DNA from: Babesia bigemina
Lineage: Eukaryota
Assembly (NCBI RefSeq): GCF_000981445.1
Contig: NC_027217.1
Coordinates: 2,728,001-2,792,000 of the forward strand
DNA length: 64,000 bases
Reading direction: 5' to 3'
Position numbers and translations under genes: made by a program
The notes under the pieces: model-generated
What the model saw: only the letters and a program-made list of their open reading frames with translations
Told to the model about the DNA's origin: nothing
Database searches by the model: none
In this document: one piece after another, positions 10,706 to 23,231 of the stretch
Numbering within the stretch: the stretch's first letter is position 1
How the letters are laid out: every line of letters begins with the position of its first letter

Positions 10706-13700
10706 TCAGAGGAACTCGTCCATTCCGGGGATGTCTGAATACGCTGATGGCTATCACGCCTATAACTAACCTGAAATGTCGGCGAAGCTTCCTTTCGTGG
10801 CCTTCTGCAGCAGCAGGGATACCTTCTTGCGCCTCTCGTAGTCTAATACAGAGATGTGCACGTATAGAAAACAAGCACTCACCCGGATGCGCTTCCTCGC
10901 GTTCGCGTGCTTCACGCTTGCGTTTCTGCCGCTTGCTCTCCACCACTATGGGCATGGGCTCCGTGGATGAGTCCCTTCCACGCGGCGACTTGGCCTTGGA
11001 CGGGACAGTCGACGCGGTCCCCTTCTTCTTGCCCTTTTCCTTTAGCTTTTTGCGGTGCGGCGTGTCCTTTGGAACACTCTCAGCAACCTGTTTGCCCTTC
11101 TCCTTTAGCTTTTTGGGGTGCGGCGTGTCCTTTGGAACACTCTCTGCAACCTGTTTGCCCTTCTCCTTTAGCTTTTTGGGGTGCGGCGTGTCCTTTGGAA
11201 CACTCTCTGCAACCTGTTTACCCTTCTCCTTTAGCTTTTTGGGGTGCGGCGTGTCCTTTGGAACACTCTCTGCAACCTGTTTGCCCTGCTTCTTGCTAGA
11301 TGGCGTGGCCGCGGTTACGGTGGCCCGTTTACCCACCGACTGCTTGCTTGTCTTATCCACAACGTCATCCGCGAACCTCACTTTAGCCTGTTTCTTCTTC
11401 TGTTTCTTTGCAACTGGCTCGACCGCTTTAGGTTCCTTGCTCTTTGCTGCATCTGCTTTGACGGGCTTGGCTGCAGCGCCTTTCACTTCCGGCGCCTTGG
11501 GTTTCAGGCTCTTGTGTGCCTCCGATTTCGCTGCCGACTTCTTACTAGCCTTCTTTTCCTTCGTTTTAGATTTGGAAGGTTTTTTAGTTGCGGCCTTCGC
11601 ATCACGTTTAGTCGCACTCACCACCTTAGATGGCTGCACCTTTGCCTTAGGGGTCTTCAGTTTGCTGACAGGGGTCTCATCGACCTCGGACTCATCTGAC
11701 GATGCGCTTCCCACATTGCCACCCTCGGAATCAGACATTTCACCCATTTCTTCGTCAGAATCGGATGAGTCATCCATATCATCGAAATCCGACAGTTCAT
11801 CCATCTCTTCATCTATATCATACGCTTCGCCCAAGTCCTCACCAGATCCAGCAACTTCATCCATCTCCTCATCAGAACCAGAAACTTCATCCATATCTTC
11901 ATCAGATCCAGCAACTTCATCCATCTCCTCATCAGAACCAGAAACATCATCCATCTCCTCATCAGAACCAGAAACTGCATCCATCTCCTCATCAGAACCA
12001 GAAACTGCATCCATCTCTTCATCGGAACCGGCGACTTTACCAAATTCATCTTCAGATTCTGAAATCTCGTCAAACTCCTCTGGATCTGATGTGTCATCAA
12101 ACTCGCCATCGGAATCTGAAACCTCGTCGAACTCCTCCGAGTCCGATACATCGTCCGACATGCGCTCATCGCCAAACCCTGACTCATCGCTCATGCCGTC
12201 GACATCGCGCAACTCCTCCTCTTCGTCGCTTGCGTCAATGTCGTCGACTTCGTCAGACCTCCGGTCCTTGCGCTTCACCTTAGAGACGTCGCATGACGCG
12301 CAGTGCAGGAAAAACTGCTTGAACACCTCCTGGTGCGGCAACGCCTTGCGGTTCGACGTCCAATAAGATCGCTGCGTATACGCAAAGTCACCGGTGCTGA
12401 GCTGGCCGGACACTGCCCCCAGCTCCTCGAAAAGGCTCGGCGCCTCGAAATTAACCACGCCGTCGGGGAGGCCTTTGAGCATGTTACGACACTCGGCAGC
12501 CACCGTGGGGTGGTACGACAGGCTATTCAGATGGCGCTCCCACAGATGCGATTTGTCAGCCTAATGACTATGTAGAAGGAACAGGTAAATACGCTTACCT
12601 CACTAGCGCTGGGGTCTGGATTCTTCGGATTGTAGGAGTCATCACCCGCAGCCCTTATCATCGCATGAAGCGGTGTATTTGCGCATATTGCGCCGCGGCA
12701 TATTCGGGAGATGACCGTGCACACCCCGGCGCCCACAATACACGACGCAACCTGACGAATGTGAGCGACAACCCAAGATGCAACAAACCTGAAGCAGACG
12801 TTTCACGAAAGCCGCCACACGACAGGTATCCTTGTCGTTTGACATGCAATTGGCAGCCAGCGTTAGCAGCGCTCGACGGTTTACCGCCGCGTACATGCGA
12901 ATGTCAAGTATGCGCTCGTACAGCAGGTTGTAGAAACGATCCCTGGTACAAGATGAACGGTGAAATGCACAAATCACGTACTCTGAACGTTGGATCTGGG
13001 CAATCAGCGACAGCAGACCGATGTTAGTGGAGCAGGAGATGGGTTTACGCGCAGCGCGGAACAGTGATGCGATGCTCTTCTCCATCGACTCGCGGGACGC
13101 ATCGCCTTCCCCAGAGCCGTAGTCAAAGATGTCGAAACTGCCCTCGCGATGACGCACCAAGCTGATGCAGCGCTCTAGGCCGCTGGAGATGCAGCGGATG
13201 ATGCGCGAAAACTCATCGTACTCGTACGTGGGAAGCAGGCGGGACCGCTTGTCGCCAGTGGACGGTTTGAAAATGAACGACAGCACGCACATGTAGCACT
13301 TCAGAGCCTCAGATGTGGCCTTCGTGTCTTTACGGGTGAAGTGGATCTCGGTCAAAAACAGAACCCCGCGATGGATACTCCGCAAAATGGGAATCAACTC
13401 GCTCGCTGCAAAAACGTGTGGCCACTTATACACCGAAACTTACGCAAAGCCTTCGATCGACGCTTCTTTTTCTTCTTGGTTGCAGCAGCGTCGTTGTGCG
13501 ACGCGAACGTCGTGTGCACCTTACCAATGGAGCCCAGCAGCATCGAGCCCACACGGCGAACGACGATGTCCTTCATTCCACCGTGGCACTCCAAAAGCGA
13601 GGTCAACTTCGCGGAGGCCATCGCGGAAAGCTTCAAGTCGTTTGAAAACAGACGGCCCACAAGGATGTCCAGAAGCAAACCCTCCTGCTCTGGCTTCTTG

Positions 13701-14504
13701 GCTAGCATCTCGAGCACGTAATGGAGCATCTTACGCTGCACGAACGGGGGGCCGCCATCCAACTGATCGGTCACCAGCTGACACACAGGTGACGATTTTC
13801 AACGCAAAACAGTACCTGGATGAAGGCAGCGTAGGCTCCCTTGAGAAAGTCCTCGAAACACAACACATGCAACACCACCCGAGCGAGCGGCTCCAAGCTG
13901 TCCCACGTTGCGGCGCCGCCTTTCTCCCACGTTAACAAGTGATGCTGCAAATAGCGTTGTCTGCTGGCGTCCAGTTGGTCGATGTAGCGCAGTTTTCGCC
14001 CCGGCAGCACCTCCATGAAAAGGGCGTGCATACGCTCCATCGAGCACAGCATCACACGGGTCGCCGTGTTCTGGCACATGCCCAGCAGCAAGGTGATAAA
14101 CTTGTAGTTCAACGCGCAGCTCTCGCTCGCGAGGACAGCCATGGCGTCCAGCGAGTCGCATAGAGTCGCGGTGTTCTTCTTGTCTGAACGCGATTGCGAA
14201 ACGGCGGCAGCGCAAACCAACCCGGAGGGATGAAGGGGTCTTTAGCGACTGCGCGCATCCACGCCTTCTCAGTGTCTGTGTCGCATACGTGACGCGAATA
14301 CGCACGAGCAAGCACTGCCATCAGCTCCTTGCCGCTGCGAAGCAGCTTCGCGTTGTCCACTGTGCCGGCGGACTTCGCCTTCGAGGGTAAGGCAGGCAGA
14401 TCTTGGCTGGCGATCTCGTGCCATTCGGACGAGTCGTATACCTCCAGCAGCGACATGAGCGCGCTGGACGACACGGGCCGGCCAACCGACTGTAGCTGCT
14501 TCAT
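10706..14504 (-). CDS. MAK21: CEBPZ/Noc1/Mak21 ribosome biogenesis protein (CBF domain), multi-exon, with repeat-expanded acidic and basic tail
   Basis: DRFYNLLYE...RVAAFVKRLLQ CBF signature, YNPKNPDP motif, long acidic tract and C-terminal SFADIS..Y motif; the spliced end reads ...AYSDIPGMDEFL* with TGA at 10706-10708. Confidence 0.8.
11031..11287 (-). repeat. 63-bp coding tandem repeat, 4 near-identical copies (KQVAESVPKDTPHPKKLKEKG)
   Basis: GGAACACTCTC recurs at 11071, 11134, 11197 and 11260. Confidence 0.95.
11840..12035 (-). repeat. 30-bp coding tandem repeat, about 6 copies (SDEEMDxVxG)
   Basis: Repeated TCCATCTCCTCATCAGAACCAGAAACTTCA-like unit. Confidence 0.9.
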
Positions 14505-14725
14505 CGCGACAAATAGCGGCGAAGCCAAAGCAGAAATTAGTGCGATAATAAACACATTACGACTGCGGTCTATGCGATAACGTCTTTTGCGGAAATTAGG
14601 TGGCAAGTGGGCGAGGGAAGCTGCGGCAATCGCCTACTAACGCAGCCACCATAACAGCAGCAGCGCCGCAGAAGCACGCGCAGACAGCACGCCATTCTCA
14701 TCGTTGAGTATCATGGCATCAGTAT

Positions 14726-16915
14726 ATGCCTGAGCGACATCTCGACGCCGTTGAAGCTGGCCGAGATGGGAGAGGCGCCGCGAAGCCGAGGAAGGACGGC
14801 GGCTGTTGTGTAAAATGTGTAGCCTTCCAAAACCGGTGGCCGCTTCTCCCTCTCATATTGGCCGCAATAAGCACGGCGCAGGCGTATCAGCTCACAAACG
14901 TAACGGCAGCAGGGTTAAACCCTCAAAATCCAACGCTTAGACACCGGGGAGACGAAGGCAGAGTGCACATGCCGTGGTTCCGAATCGGTTCAGGAAACTA
15001 TGATGGAGCACTCGGAGGCACTACATCGCATTATATGTCACAATGTGGCGTCTCAAAAGGTGGATTCCAAGCCAAGAGCAGCGTGCCAGCCCACAGGGAC
15101 GATTTGAACCTGGGTGCCACTGACGCCGAGGATGGAGATGTAGCGGAAGACTCGGAACTTGAAATACAAAGGTTCATAGAGGCCTGCGGCGGATGGGGAT
15201 CCGATGAAGATTACTATAGTGATACAAATGCTGAATTGCAGAACACGGTGGATTCTGAATCGGAAAGCTACCATGAGTTACTCGATGGAAGCGACGAACA
15301 CCCCGACGCTCCTGATGAAACTTCCCCAGATGCAGTGATACCGTCCGCAGTTCGTCCCCAGGATGTATTTGGTGGTGAACCATATGCAGCTGATAGTACG
15401 AACGAAGGTGCGGTGGCAAGCAGGAGTGGGACCCAGGACCAAGAGCTGTCATACACAACTCCACCTGACGAAGAAGATGCTAGTGATGACAGCGAACCTG
15501 TGCCATTCCGCTTAATTACGGCCGAAGACAAGGTGAAGAATTTGCTGTCGCAGCGTTTGTACGTCAAAAAGCTCTTCAGGCGCATACCGCAGATCGGAGA
15601 CACCACCAGTGTACTAGTCAGGTCGAAGGCACATGTGAAGGGAAAAGTTGGCTCGCGTAGTGAGCTGGCGATGGGCAACGCAAATAAAATCAAAACTGTC
15701 GACACGCCGGAGGAGCCTGTGTATGACGGAAAGCCGCTGTACGCTGGCGTATACAACGGACTCACGCCGCAAAAACATACCAAAAAGAGGGTACTCAGAG
15801 AAATCAAGGTCAAAGTAGATTGGTACGCGCACAGCATCACGCACCAAATCAAAAATGTCACCACATTTTATGAGCAACTACTCCGGTATATACATCCCTT
15901 CCAGTACCAAATGCTCATGACCGCGATTTACGAGCTGCACCACACAAGGCAGATCAAACTGCCGTTTGACCAGCTCATGGAGGCGCTAAAGGCGCTCAAG
16001 ACAAACATAGTCACACGGGCGAACAACTTCAACTCGAAAATCGGAAGCATCAAAAAGTGCAGAGAGGCGTTCGCTCTGGCCAAGGCGTTCATACTGCAGC
16101 TGGACGAAGCGTACAAGGAGGCGGAGCCGTACATCAACATCTACCGCAAGTTCGCCACCCAGTTCAGAAAGCTGCCTATCATTAACAACGCGAAGCCTGT
16201 GGTGGCCGTCGTGGGATACGTCAATGTCGGGAAGAGCACGCTTTTCCAGAAGTTGTGCAACCTGCCCATGCCCACCGTCACGAGCATCGACGTTGAAGAG
16301 GAGCTGCCCAACCCACTGGGGCTTATATCGGACGTGCTGGGGCTAAAGTGGCAGGAAAACAGTGCGCCTCCAGTCAAAGTGTCCCAAAAGGAGGTCAAGA
16401 TCGCAGACTACAACTTCACCACCAAGTCGCTCAATCTGGCCAACGTCCAGTACAGGGTCGACAACTTCATCGACGAAGGGCAACTCTTGGACACGCCGGG
16501 GTTGTTGTGGCGCGACAAACCCAAAACGAACCCCTACGAAAAACTTACGGTACGTTTTACACCACATGAGAGTCATGATCCTCAGTATGCCACGCTCAAG
16601 GACCTGCCGTCGGGGGTCATATACTGCTTCGATGTTTCCGACAAGACGAAGCTAGACAACCAGATTAAGCTATATCGCACGCTTGAAGCGCGGTTCCCGC
16701 ACAGGCCATGGATCAACGTCATCAGCAAAGGACACGACTCTCAACTCCTGGCGGATGAGGTAAGAGCCCATGTTGCGTTTCAACCTCACCGCATGCAGGG
16801 AATCGATGTAATACCAGAGGGCCAAGTGCTGGAGAGGCTGTACTCCATGTTCGACACCCTCGATGGGTTGCTAAGAATGCAACGCGATGCCCCAACAGCA
16901 GCCAACGAACCGTAA
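14726..16915 (+). CDS. NOG1-family (OBG-like) GTPase with hydrophobic N-terminal leader, possibly apicoplast-targeted
   Basis: G1 GYVNVGKST, G2 region ADYNFTTKSL, G3 LLDTPGLL, then NPYEKLT..LKDLP.GVIYCFDVS as in Nog1; upstream helical domain; signal-like WPLLPLILAAISTAQAY; two short in-frame introns near 16550 and 16760. Confidence 0.75.
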   Translation: MPERHLDAVEAGRDGRGAAKPRKDGGCCVKCVAFQNRWPLLPLILAAISTAQAYQLTNVTAAGLNPQNPTLRHRGDEGRVHMPWFRIGSGNYDGALGGTTSHYMSQCGVSKGGFQAKSSVPAHRDDLNLGATDAEDGDVAEDSELEIQRFIEACGGWGSDEDYYSDTNAELQNTVDSESESYHELLDGSDEHPDAPDETSPDAVIPSAVRPQDVFGGEPYAADSTNEGAVASRSGTQDQELSYTTPPDEEDASDDSEPVPFRLITAEDKVKNLLSQRLYVKKLFRRIPQIGDTTSVLVRSKAHVKGKVGSRSELAMGNANKIKTVDTPEEPVYDGKPLYAGVYNGLTPQKHTKKRVLREIKVKVDWYAHSITHQIKNVTTFYEQLLRYIHPFQYQMLMTAIYELHHTRQIKLPFDQLMEALKALKTNIVTRANNFNSKIGSIKKCREAFALAKAFILQLDEAYKEAEPYINIYRKFATQFRKLPIINNAKPVVAVVGYVNVGKSTLFQKLCNLPMPTVTSIDVEEELPNPLGLISDVLGLKWQENSAPPVKVSQKEVKIADYNFTTKSLNLANVQYRVDNFIDEGQLLDTPGLLWRDKPKTNPYEKLTVRFTPHESHDPQYATLKDLPSGVIYCFDVSDKTKLDNQIKLYRTLEARFPHRPWINVISKGHDSQLLADEVRAHVAFQPHRMQGIDVIPEGQVLERLYSMFDTLDGLLRMQRDAPTAANEP

Positions 16916-17089
16916 AATGACAGTATACATTACTAATTGTGTATATAACACCGCGGCCATTCTTACGAATGGCGTGCTGATTTACGTGTCATTTCACTCC
17001 GAACATGGAAATACAACTGTACGCTAAAACGCATGTGCGGAAGCATTACACAGTATGAGGTATTTATACCCCTCGACAGAGTGACGCAG

Positions 17090-19451
17090 TCACTGCGGAT
17101 CAGGTGTCTCGGACGGGATATCGGTGCGGAGGGCGAAATACCGTTCCACGTACTCGGACTGCTGCTGGCCTGGCACACATTGTCAATACCACAACTGCGC
17201 CTACCTTCGAATTGGACCAACTCCTCGAGACTGCCGCAGTTCAGCACGTCGCTAATCAGCAGCAACGAGGTGAACTGGTGCCGTATTTGCGGGTCATACG
17301 ACGTGCAGAGTTTCATAAGCGAGCGCACCACGCCGTCGAGGTACACTGCGCCGTACATCGTGAAGCGCTTTGCCAGCACGTTCTGCTCCATGAACTTGCA
17401 GATGCGCTCAATCAGCATGTCCATGCAGCGCGAACGAGTGGTGGGCGAGTAAAAGGTCGAGAGGTGCCCAAAGACACCGCGCAAGACGACTATAAACTCC
17501 TCCACAAACGGGTTCTCGGACTGATAGGTGTTAAACTGTTGCCAAAACACCTACCAGATAAGTCGTGTACGACTCCTCGTCCAGGTTGAAATTGATGTCG
17601 TTGAAGCGGTTCAGAGGGTCAGCAATGTGGAACTGCAGTGTAATTGGCCCTCCAGTGGAACTTGACCGTACCTTTATGATGTTCAAGGAACATTTGCAGG
17701 CCAGCTCGAGCAATTCGTCGAACTCGCCCAAAACGCCATCCAGGGATTCCAGGGTGCTCTCAACAAGCAGCTTGCTATTGTCCAACTGCACGAACTCACG
17801 CTCGAAGCTGGCGGAAATCTCGAACTTGAACTTCCCCAAAAAGTTCACGCATTCCTCGATGTTGTTCACACAGTGAATGAAGCTGAAGCGGGAGGGCACC
17901 GATTCGGGGAACGGTTGCTTGCACCTCTCGAAGTGCTCCTGCAGCATCACGTACCACGAACCATTCACCAAATTGTCCGCGTTCTGAGACCTGTGAGTAA
18001 CAGAGTAACGGCAACATACCTCGATGAACACCTTGTATATATTCTGGCTGGCCAACAAGTTCCCAACCAGGCCCTCCTTCAAAGAGCTCTGGATTATGCC
18101 AATCACCTGGTTCAAAGTGGCACACGCAGCCTGCACGTCGCCAGTAGCGACCGCGCGCTGCTGGGCCTTCTGGAGCACGAAGAACGAGTCGTCCACCAAG
18201 GTGCTGGTGGCCACAGTGAAGCCGTCTTCGGGCGATGACACGTAAATGGAGTCGCAGTTTATAGCGTGCATCAGCGCACGCGTAACAGACGCGTGCTCCA
18301 ACCGCACGTAGAACGAAAGCACGGACTGCATTGCGCGAGTAGCCGCGCTCACGGAGCCCAGGCAGTCATTCCCGAACTCCGACTGCAAATCACCCTGGAT
18401 CAGCAACGTTTGGTAAACAGGGCCCAGCACCGATCTAAACGAAAACTCGTAATCCAACCAAAGCGAACTCAGAGTGGCGATGTTGTCCAACACGTGGTCC
18501 ACGGTCTTCAGGTCGACCAGGAACGCACCGAACAGGTTGCCATCGCCAAACCCGCTCTCAACCTGCGATAATAGCGAATCGATGTCGCCTTCGGGGTCTT
18601 TGATGAAGTGCGCGAAATCCGAAAGCAGGAAAGAACGCAGGATTTCGCACGCCTCCGTCGAAGTTAACGAGTGGATCTCACGGCAGATGCGGATGTAGTC
18701 GGCAGAGCCCAACTCGGAGTGCACAGCCTGCGCTTTGCCCAGCAGCAAACTGCTGGCGTTCTTGACTAACCGTTCAAGCTTCACACGGTCACTGCCTTCA
18801 TGCGATGCTGAGTGCCATGAACAAGCAACGCATGCGCAACCTACCAGACCCAATGCCGATGGTCTTCTCCCGAATTGTTTTCAGATACGACTCGTACGCC
18901 TCACTACCGGCCTGTAAAGTGACGGCAAGACGCGTGAACAGCTGCGAATGCTCTGACGGACGCTCCGCACGCAACTGCTCGATCACGAAAGCACGCAGGC
19001 CGCTCATCACCTCCTTGACGTGGCCGCAGCTGATGACCTTCAGCAGCTCGTCCCAGTGCCCGTCGCGCTTGGCTTCCTCCATGACGGCAACGAAACGGCT
19101 GATGTCCTCTCCGCCGCGCTTCGTATCGCCGGACTCGTAGCTTGAAAGCACGCGTGAACCCAGTTCGTACAACTGCGACACTGAGTCAACCACCTTCAAC
19201 GAGCACTCCAGCTTGGCCAGAGCCAAAGAGCTCGTATCAGCAGCGGTGAGCAGGCGCTCACTGAAGCGCTCGGTACGTTCGAAATTGTCGTTCAGGCTGA
19301 AGGCTTTCTGGGCAATCTCGGATGTGCGCAGCGCCTCCTTGCAGCCATCAAGACTAGACATCGTGGGCGCCTCCATATCGCGCAGCTCGGCCAGAATAGC
19401 CTCCTCCTGCCGCTCCAGGCGGCTCACCAAACTCTTCAGCAGGTCGGTCAT
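17090..19451 (-). CDS. COG4: Conserved oligomeric Golgi complex subunit 4 (multi-exon)
   Basis: TSTLVDDSFFVLQKAQQRAVATG...ACATLN and KRFTMYGAVYLDGVVRSL blocks resemble COG4; N-terminal coiled coil; the spliced end reads ...VERYFALRTDIP...*. Confidence 0.75.
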
Positions 19452-19864
19452 GCTGCTCTGTGACAACGGTGGCGAAAAAAACGATGCTAGGCACCAAATA
19501 TGATACACATGCGACTAATCACGCACTATGTATGCCGACGATCAACACCGATCGCGGAGACCGAAGTTTTCGGCACGGCACAGACACACGGCAAGCCCGG
19601 GACGGCTGCACATCACGACCGCTCTCGTGACCAACGAACGGCAGACCGCCTTAACAGATTATTTCATACGCAAGGTGTATGGTCGTGTGTTTGTTCCTCG
19701 TGTTGGGGGTTCCCGATGCCGTGGAAGGCCGCGCGGCCTACCCTCGGTCGCAGTGGACGACGCGCGCGACGAGTGCGACTGGACGGAACTCGTCGATACT
19801 GTCTATCGCGAGGAAACAGTGGAGCGCTTAAAGCCGCTCCACTAGATGCGGTAAACGGTCGCTC

Positions 19865-20412
19865 ATGTCCCGCGCGGCCACAGCGAGGATACGTCTGTCA
19901 CTGCTGATCACGATACTTGCCGTTGCAACAGCAGCAGAAGCATTCAGGGCATCACCCATCGCAGGAGTTCGCAACCTACAGAGGTGGAGGACGCCTGTAG
20001 GTGCCGCATCTTCAAGTGTCGGCAATATCGTCAAGGGGAACAAGATATTGGCGTACGGGCGCATCGTCGAATGCAGGGGAGGCACATCGTATCTCGTGCA
20101 GGTAGAGAACTCGGCGGCCACGGTAAGCAGTATTTAGAGCGTGTAACTAAGTCTCAGGTGCACTGTGAACTGGCGGGGTCGTTATATCGCAGAAGAAAGT
20201 TCATGGCATTGAACACCAAGGTCAAAATCGAGGTACACCTGCTCGCACCAAAGAAGGGGAGAATCGTAGACCGCATAGACCCATACGAACAGCTGGTGTT
20301 GCAGAGGAATGAAAACAAACCTGCGCGGCCCGCAGATAAAGAGGTGGCAAAACACACAGACAGCGACACGTCGGACACTGAATACGACGACTCTGACTTA
20401 GAGGAGGTGTGA
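19865..20412 (+). CDS. infA: Bacterial-type translation initiation factor IF-1 (S1 fold) with bipartite leader, likely apicoplast-targeted; one intron at about 20123-20157
   Basis: Signal peptide (LSLLITILAVATAAEA-F), basic transit region, then GRIVECRGGTSYLVQVEN..T|VHCELAGSLYRRR...KVKIEVHLLAPKKGRIVDR, aligning by eye with IF-1. Confidence 0.8.
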
Positions 20413-20599
20413 CACCACCTCCGGCACGAATTAAACAGTTTATAATAACTTCGTGTTTATGTATCACTTGACTGAATGCGTTTTTAAAATGTACTGAGTT
20501 TAAGGTATCGAGCGGATTTCGCTACTTGCCGGCTGGTGTGACGACCCACGGAGTAAACCGGCCGAGGCCATCAGGCCTTAATGGGGGCTCGAATCAGTT

Positions 20600-21382
20600 T
20601 CACTGCTTTCCCTGGGCATGCATTTGCAAAATACGAAGCACGGTGATGAAAGCGTCGCTGGTCTCGATCTCGTGCTCCATGAGAACAAGCTGGGCGTCGG
20701 CGCCGCTCTCGGTAGTGTACTGCGCGAAATGCGAGCAATGAAATCAAAATTACCACAATGACGGATAGGCGATCACGCTCTTCAGAGCCCAGGTTTTGTA
20801 TAATCTCTTGGTTCTGACACTTCCGTGAACGACATCACAACTGGCATACCAAAAAAGATTCGTAGGAATCCAGCAGCTGCAGGTCCTCGTAGCCATAAAC
20901 CGCCTTCACCTAATAAAAGTTCAGTGCCGCAGCATGGCTGGATGATGGCGTACCTTCGATAGCGATATCTCAACCGGAGCCTCGTCGCTTTCCACTCGCA
21001 GCGTCTGAGCGCCCTTTGAAGCAAATAACAAGCATAAAACGCACCCGCAGGCGGCAATCCATCTTGTAACGAGCTTTCTTGAACTCCCCCTTGGCGATGT
21101 CGACGCGGGTACACGCCAGGTACCGCTGTGCTCGAGAGGCGAAAATGCCGACCTACACACTCAAAACACACATCATGACCCACATACCAGCTGCTTAAGC
21201 TCCTCCTTTCGGTACGCAGTATCGTGCAGGCCCGTATACGAACTGGGAGCCTGCTAAAAGGTTACAATCGAGGCGAATGCAAAGCCTACCTCCTCGCGCT
21301 CAACGGTAGGAATGCAGCTGCTAAAAAGGCAGTTAACAGTGTCAGTCACGCTGGAAAAACAACGCTCCTTGCAATCTCCCAT
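20600..21382 (-). CDS. Small acylation-motif, PH-like-fold protein, probably IMC sub-compartment (ISP) family; 7 exons
   Basis: Six short GT-AG introns splice in frame: MGDCKERC...CLFSSCIP...VGIFASRAQRYL...GAQTLRVESDEAPVEISLSKVKAVYGY...LVLMEHEIETSDAFITVLRILQMHAQGKQ*. The MG/Cys N-terminus and terminal helix resemble ISP proteins. Confidence 0.6.
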
Positions 21383-21957
21383 TGTGGCGGCTTTACGTGA
21401 AGGGCAAGGTAACGGGTGTAGAGTAGCGTGGGAATCCGCGACCATGAACGACGTGACGTACGCGCGTTGTACCACAACATCAACAGACGCGTGGCATATG
21501 GGATCCGGGATACGTGAAAAAGTATCTGCCTTGCTGAGTTCACTTATTCGGTTTGTGGAAGTCGTCTGATTAGAGACGCCACTCTGACGTAGACAAGCCG
21601 ACGTGCTTCAGTGACACACAGACCACAAACCACAACACGAGCCATTTCTATAGCACAACGATTAAAAGATGATTGGCGAAACTTAGACGGTAAATTCGGC
21701 CGTGTTTCCCCGGTTGACGAAGAAAGTTCCCCGGGACTCTCCAAGACCTCGAGCTCGGGTCGCCAGCAAAGTGGCCGCGCAGACTCGCAGCGGCCACACC
21801 ACCTGAATTGGTATTAACAACACAGTGTCTATACAATCTGCAGTTGTTGCTTGTTGCTGCTTTTGACGAGCAAGGAACTTTGACAGCGAAAATTGTACGC
21901 ACGCGGCGAAAGACGCGAAAAAGCACAGCTCATCCGCGCTCCCGTTTTCCCTTAAGC

Positions 21958-23231
21958 ATGGGTCGCGGAAACTGGTTCCGCGCAGCCACAATATATACAC
22001 ATCACGTTATTCGGGACCTACACATCGTTCCCTCACAACTACCGGCAGCCGTGGCAAAGCTCACGGAACTGCACTTAGAAACAGCCGGTGTGCGCTCACA
22101 GTACATCCCTGAGCTTAATAGCGTACAGACGAATCGCGATAGACAGCGCGACGCGAAACGGCGCTACATACATGTACCATACTGCCTGCATGACATGCTG
22201 AAAAAATGAGGTTGCCGTGGAAAACGGGGAGGCGAATTGGCACCGTGACATGCGTCGTGCTGGTTGCAGAGCGACAGAATGAGTGTGTGAAGCAGCAGAA
22301 AACTCGCCGCAAAGAGAAAACGAAAGTCACGCAGCGCATGCTCAACTGCGTGTCAAACTACGAACGAGGCTCACTGTGGAAGAGATGGGTGAAGACTGAG
22401 GAACACAGAAACGCCTTACCTAGAGATATATACCGGCACCTGGTGGCATTCGACATCACGGAGTTAGACGTGGAGATCAGGAAAGACATCCACCGCACGT
22501 TCCCGCAGCACACCGTGTTCAGAGACGCTAAATACGCGCAAGATGCGTTGTTCAACGTCTTGAAGGCGTATGCGCTCTACAACCCGGACGTCGGTTAGTC
22601 TCCCATACGTATACAACTCTTAACTGCATCTAGGTTACTGCCAGGGAATGTCGTTCATCGCCGGAATGCTTGTGCTCTACATGAACGAGGAGGATGCCTT
22701 CTTCACCATGGTACCGACACGCGTTACCCATGATTCATCGTACCTCAGGTGGGAGTCATGGAGAAAAACGACGCCAAGAGGCTATTCCTGCCACAAATGC
22801 CGCTACTCGTCAGGTACTGCTCCGTCCTGGACGACTACGTCAGGCGCAAAATGCGCAAGCTCTACCGCCACTTGCGGACACAGGACATCGACACCGCCAT
22901 CATCGCGACGCAGTGGTTCCTGACCATGTTCACGTACAGCTTCACCCTCGACGCGGCAGCGCTGCTGTGGGACGTGATACTCGCCAGGGACGGCAACTTC
23001 GTAGTGCCCATCGCCATCGTCATACTCAAGCTGCTGGAGGTAGGCGCAGACTAAGCGCAACAACGCAACAACGCGCAGCACAAGCTGATACACGCCAACC
23101 AGGACGAAATACAGGACATGATGAAAAACCTCACGCCACACCTCTCGGCACGCGCAATCATACACGAACTCGACAAACACAAGTACGAGCACAGGGCGAC
23201 ACGGCTTCTGAAAAATTATGACGCCGTGTAA
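21958..23231 (+). CDS. TBC-domain Rab GTPase-activating protein (multi-exon; 5' end uncertain)
   Basis: IRKDIHRTFP (Arg finger), LFNVLKAYALYNPDVG|YCQGMSFIAG (Gln finger), EEDAFF, QWFLTMF and LWD motifs; TAA at 23229-23231. Confidence 0.85.

Noticed and set aside
10747..12366. 539-aa plus-strand ORF
   Set aside because: Antisense shadow of the repetitive Mak21 exon.
19528..19845. 105-aa ORF between COG4 and IF-1
   Set aside because: No recognisable domain, and it fills the probable bidirectional promoter/UTR space; unresolved and not called.
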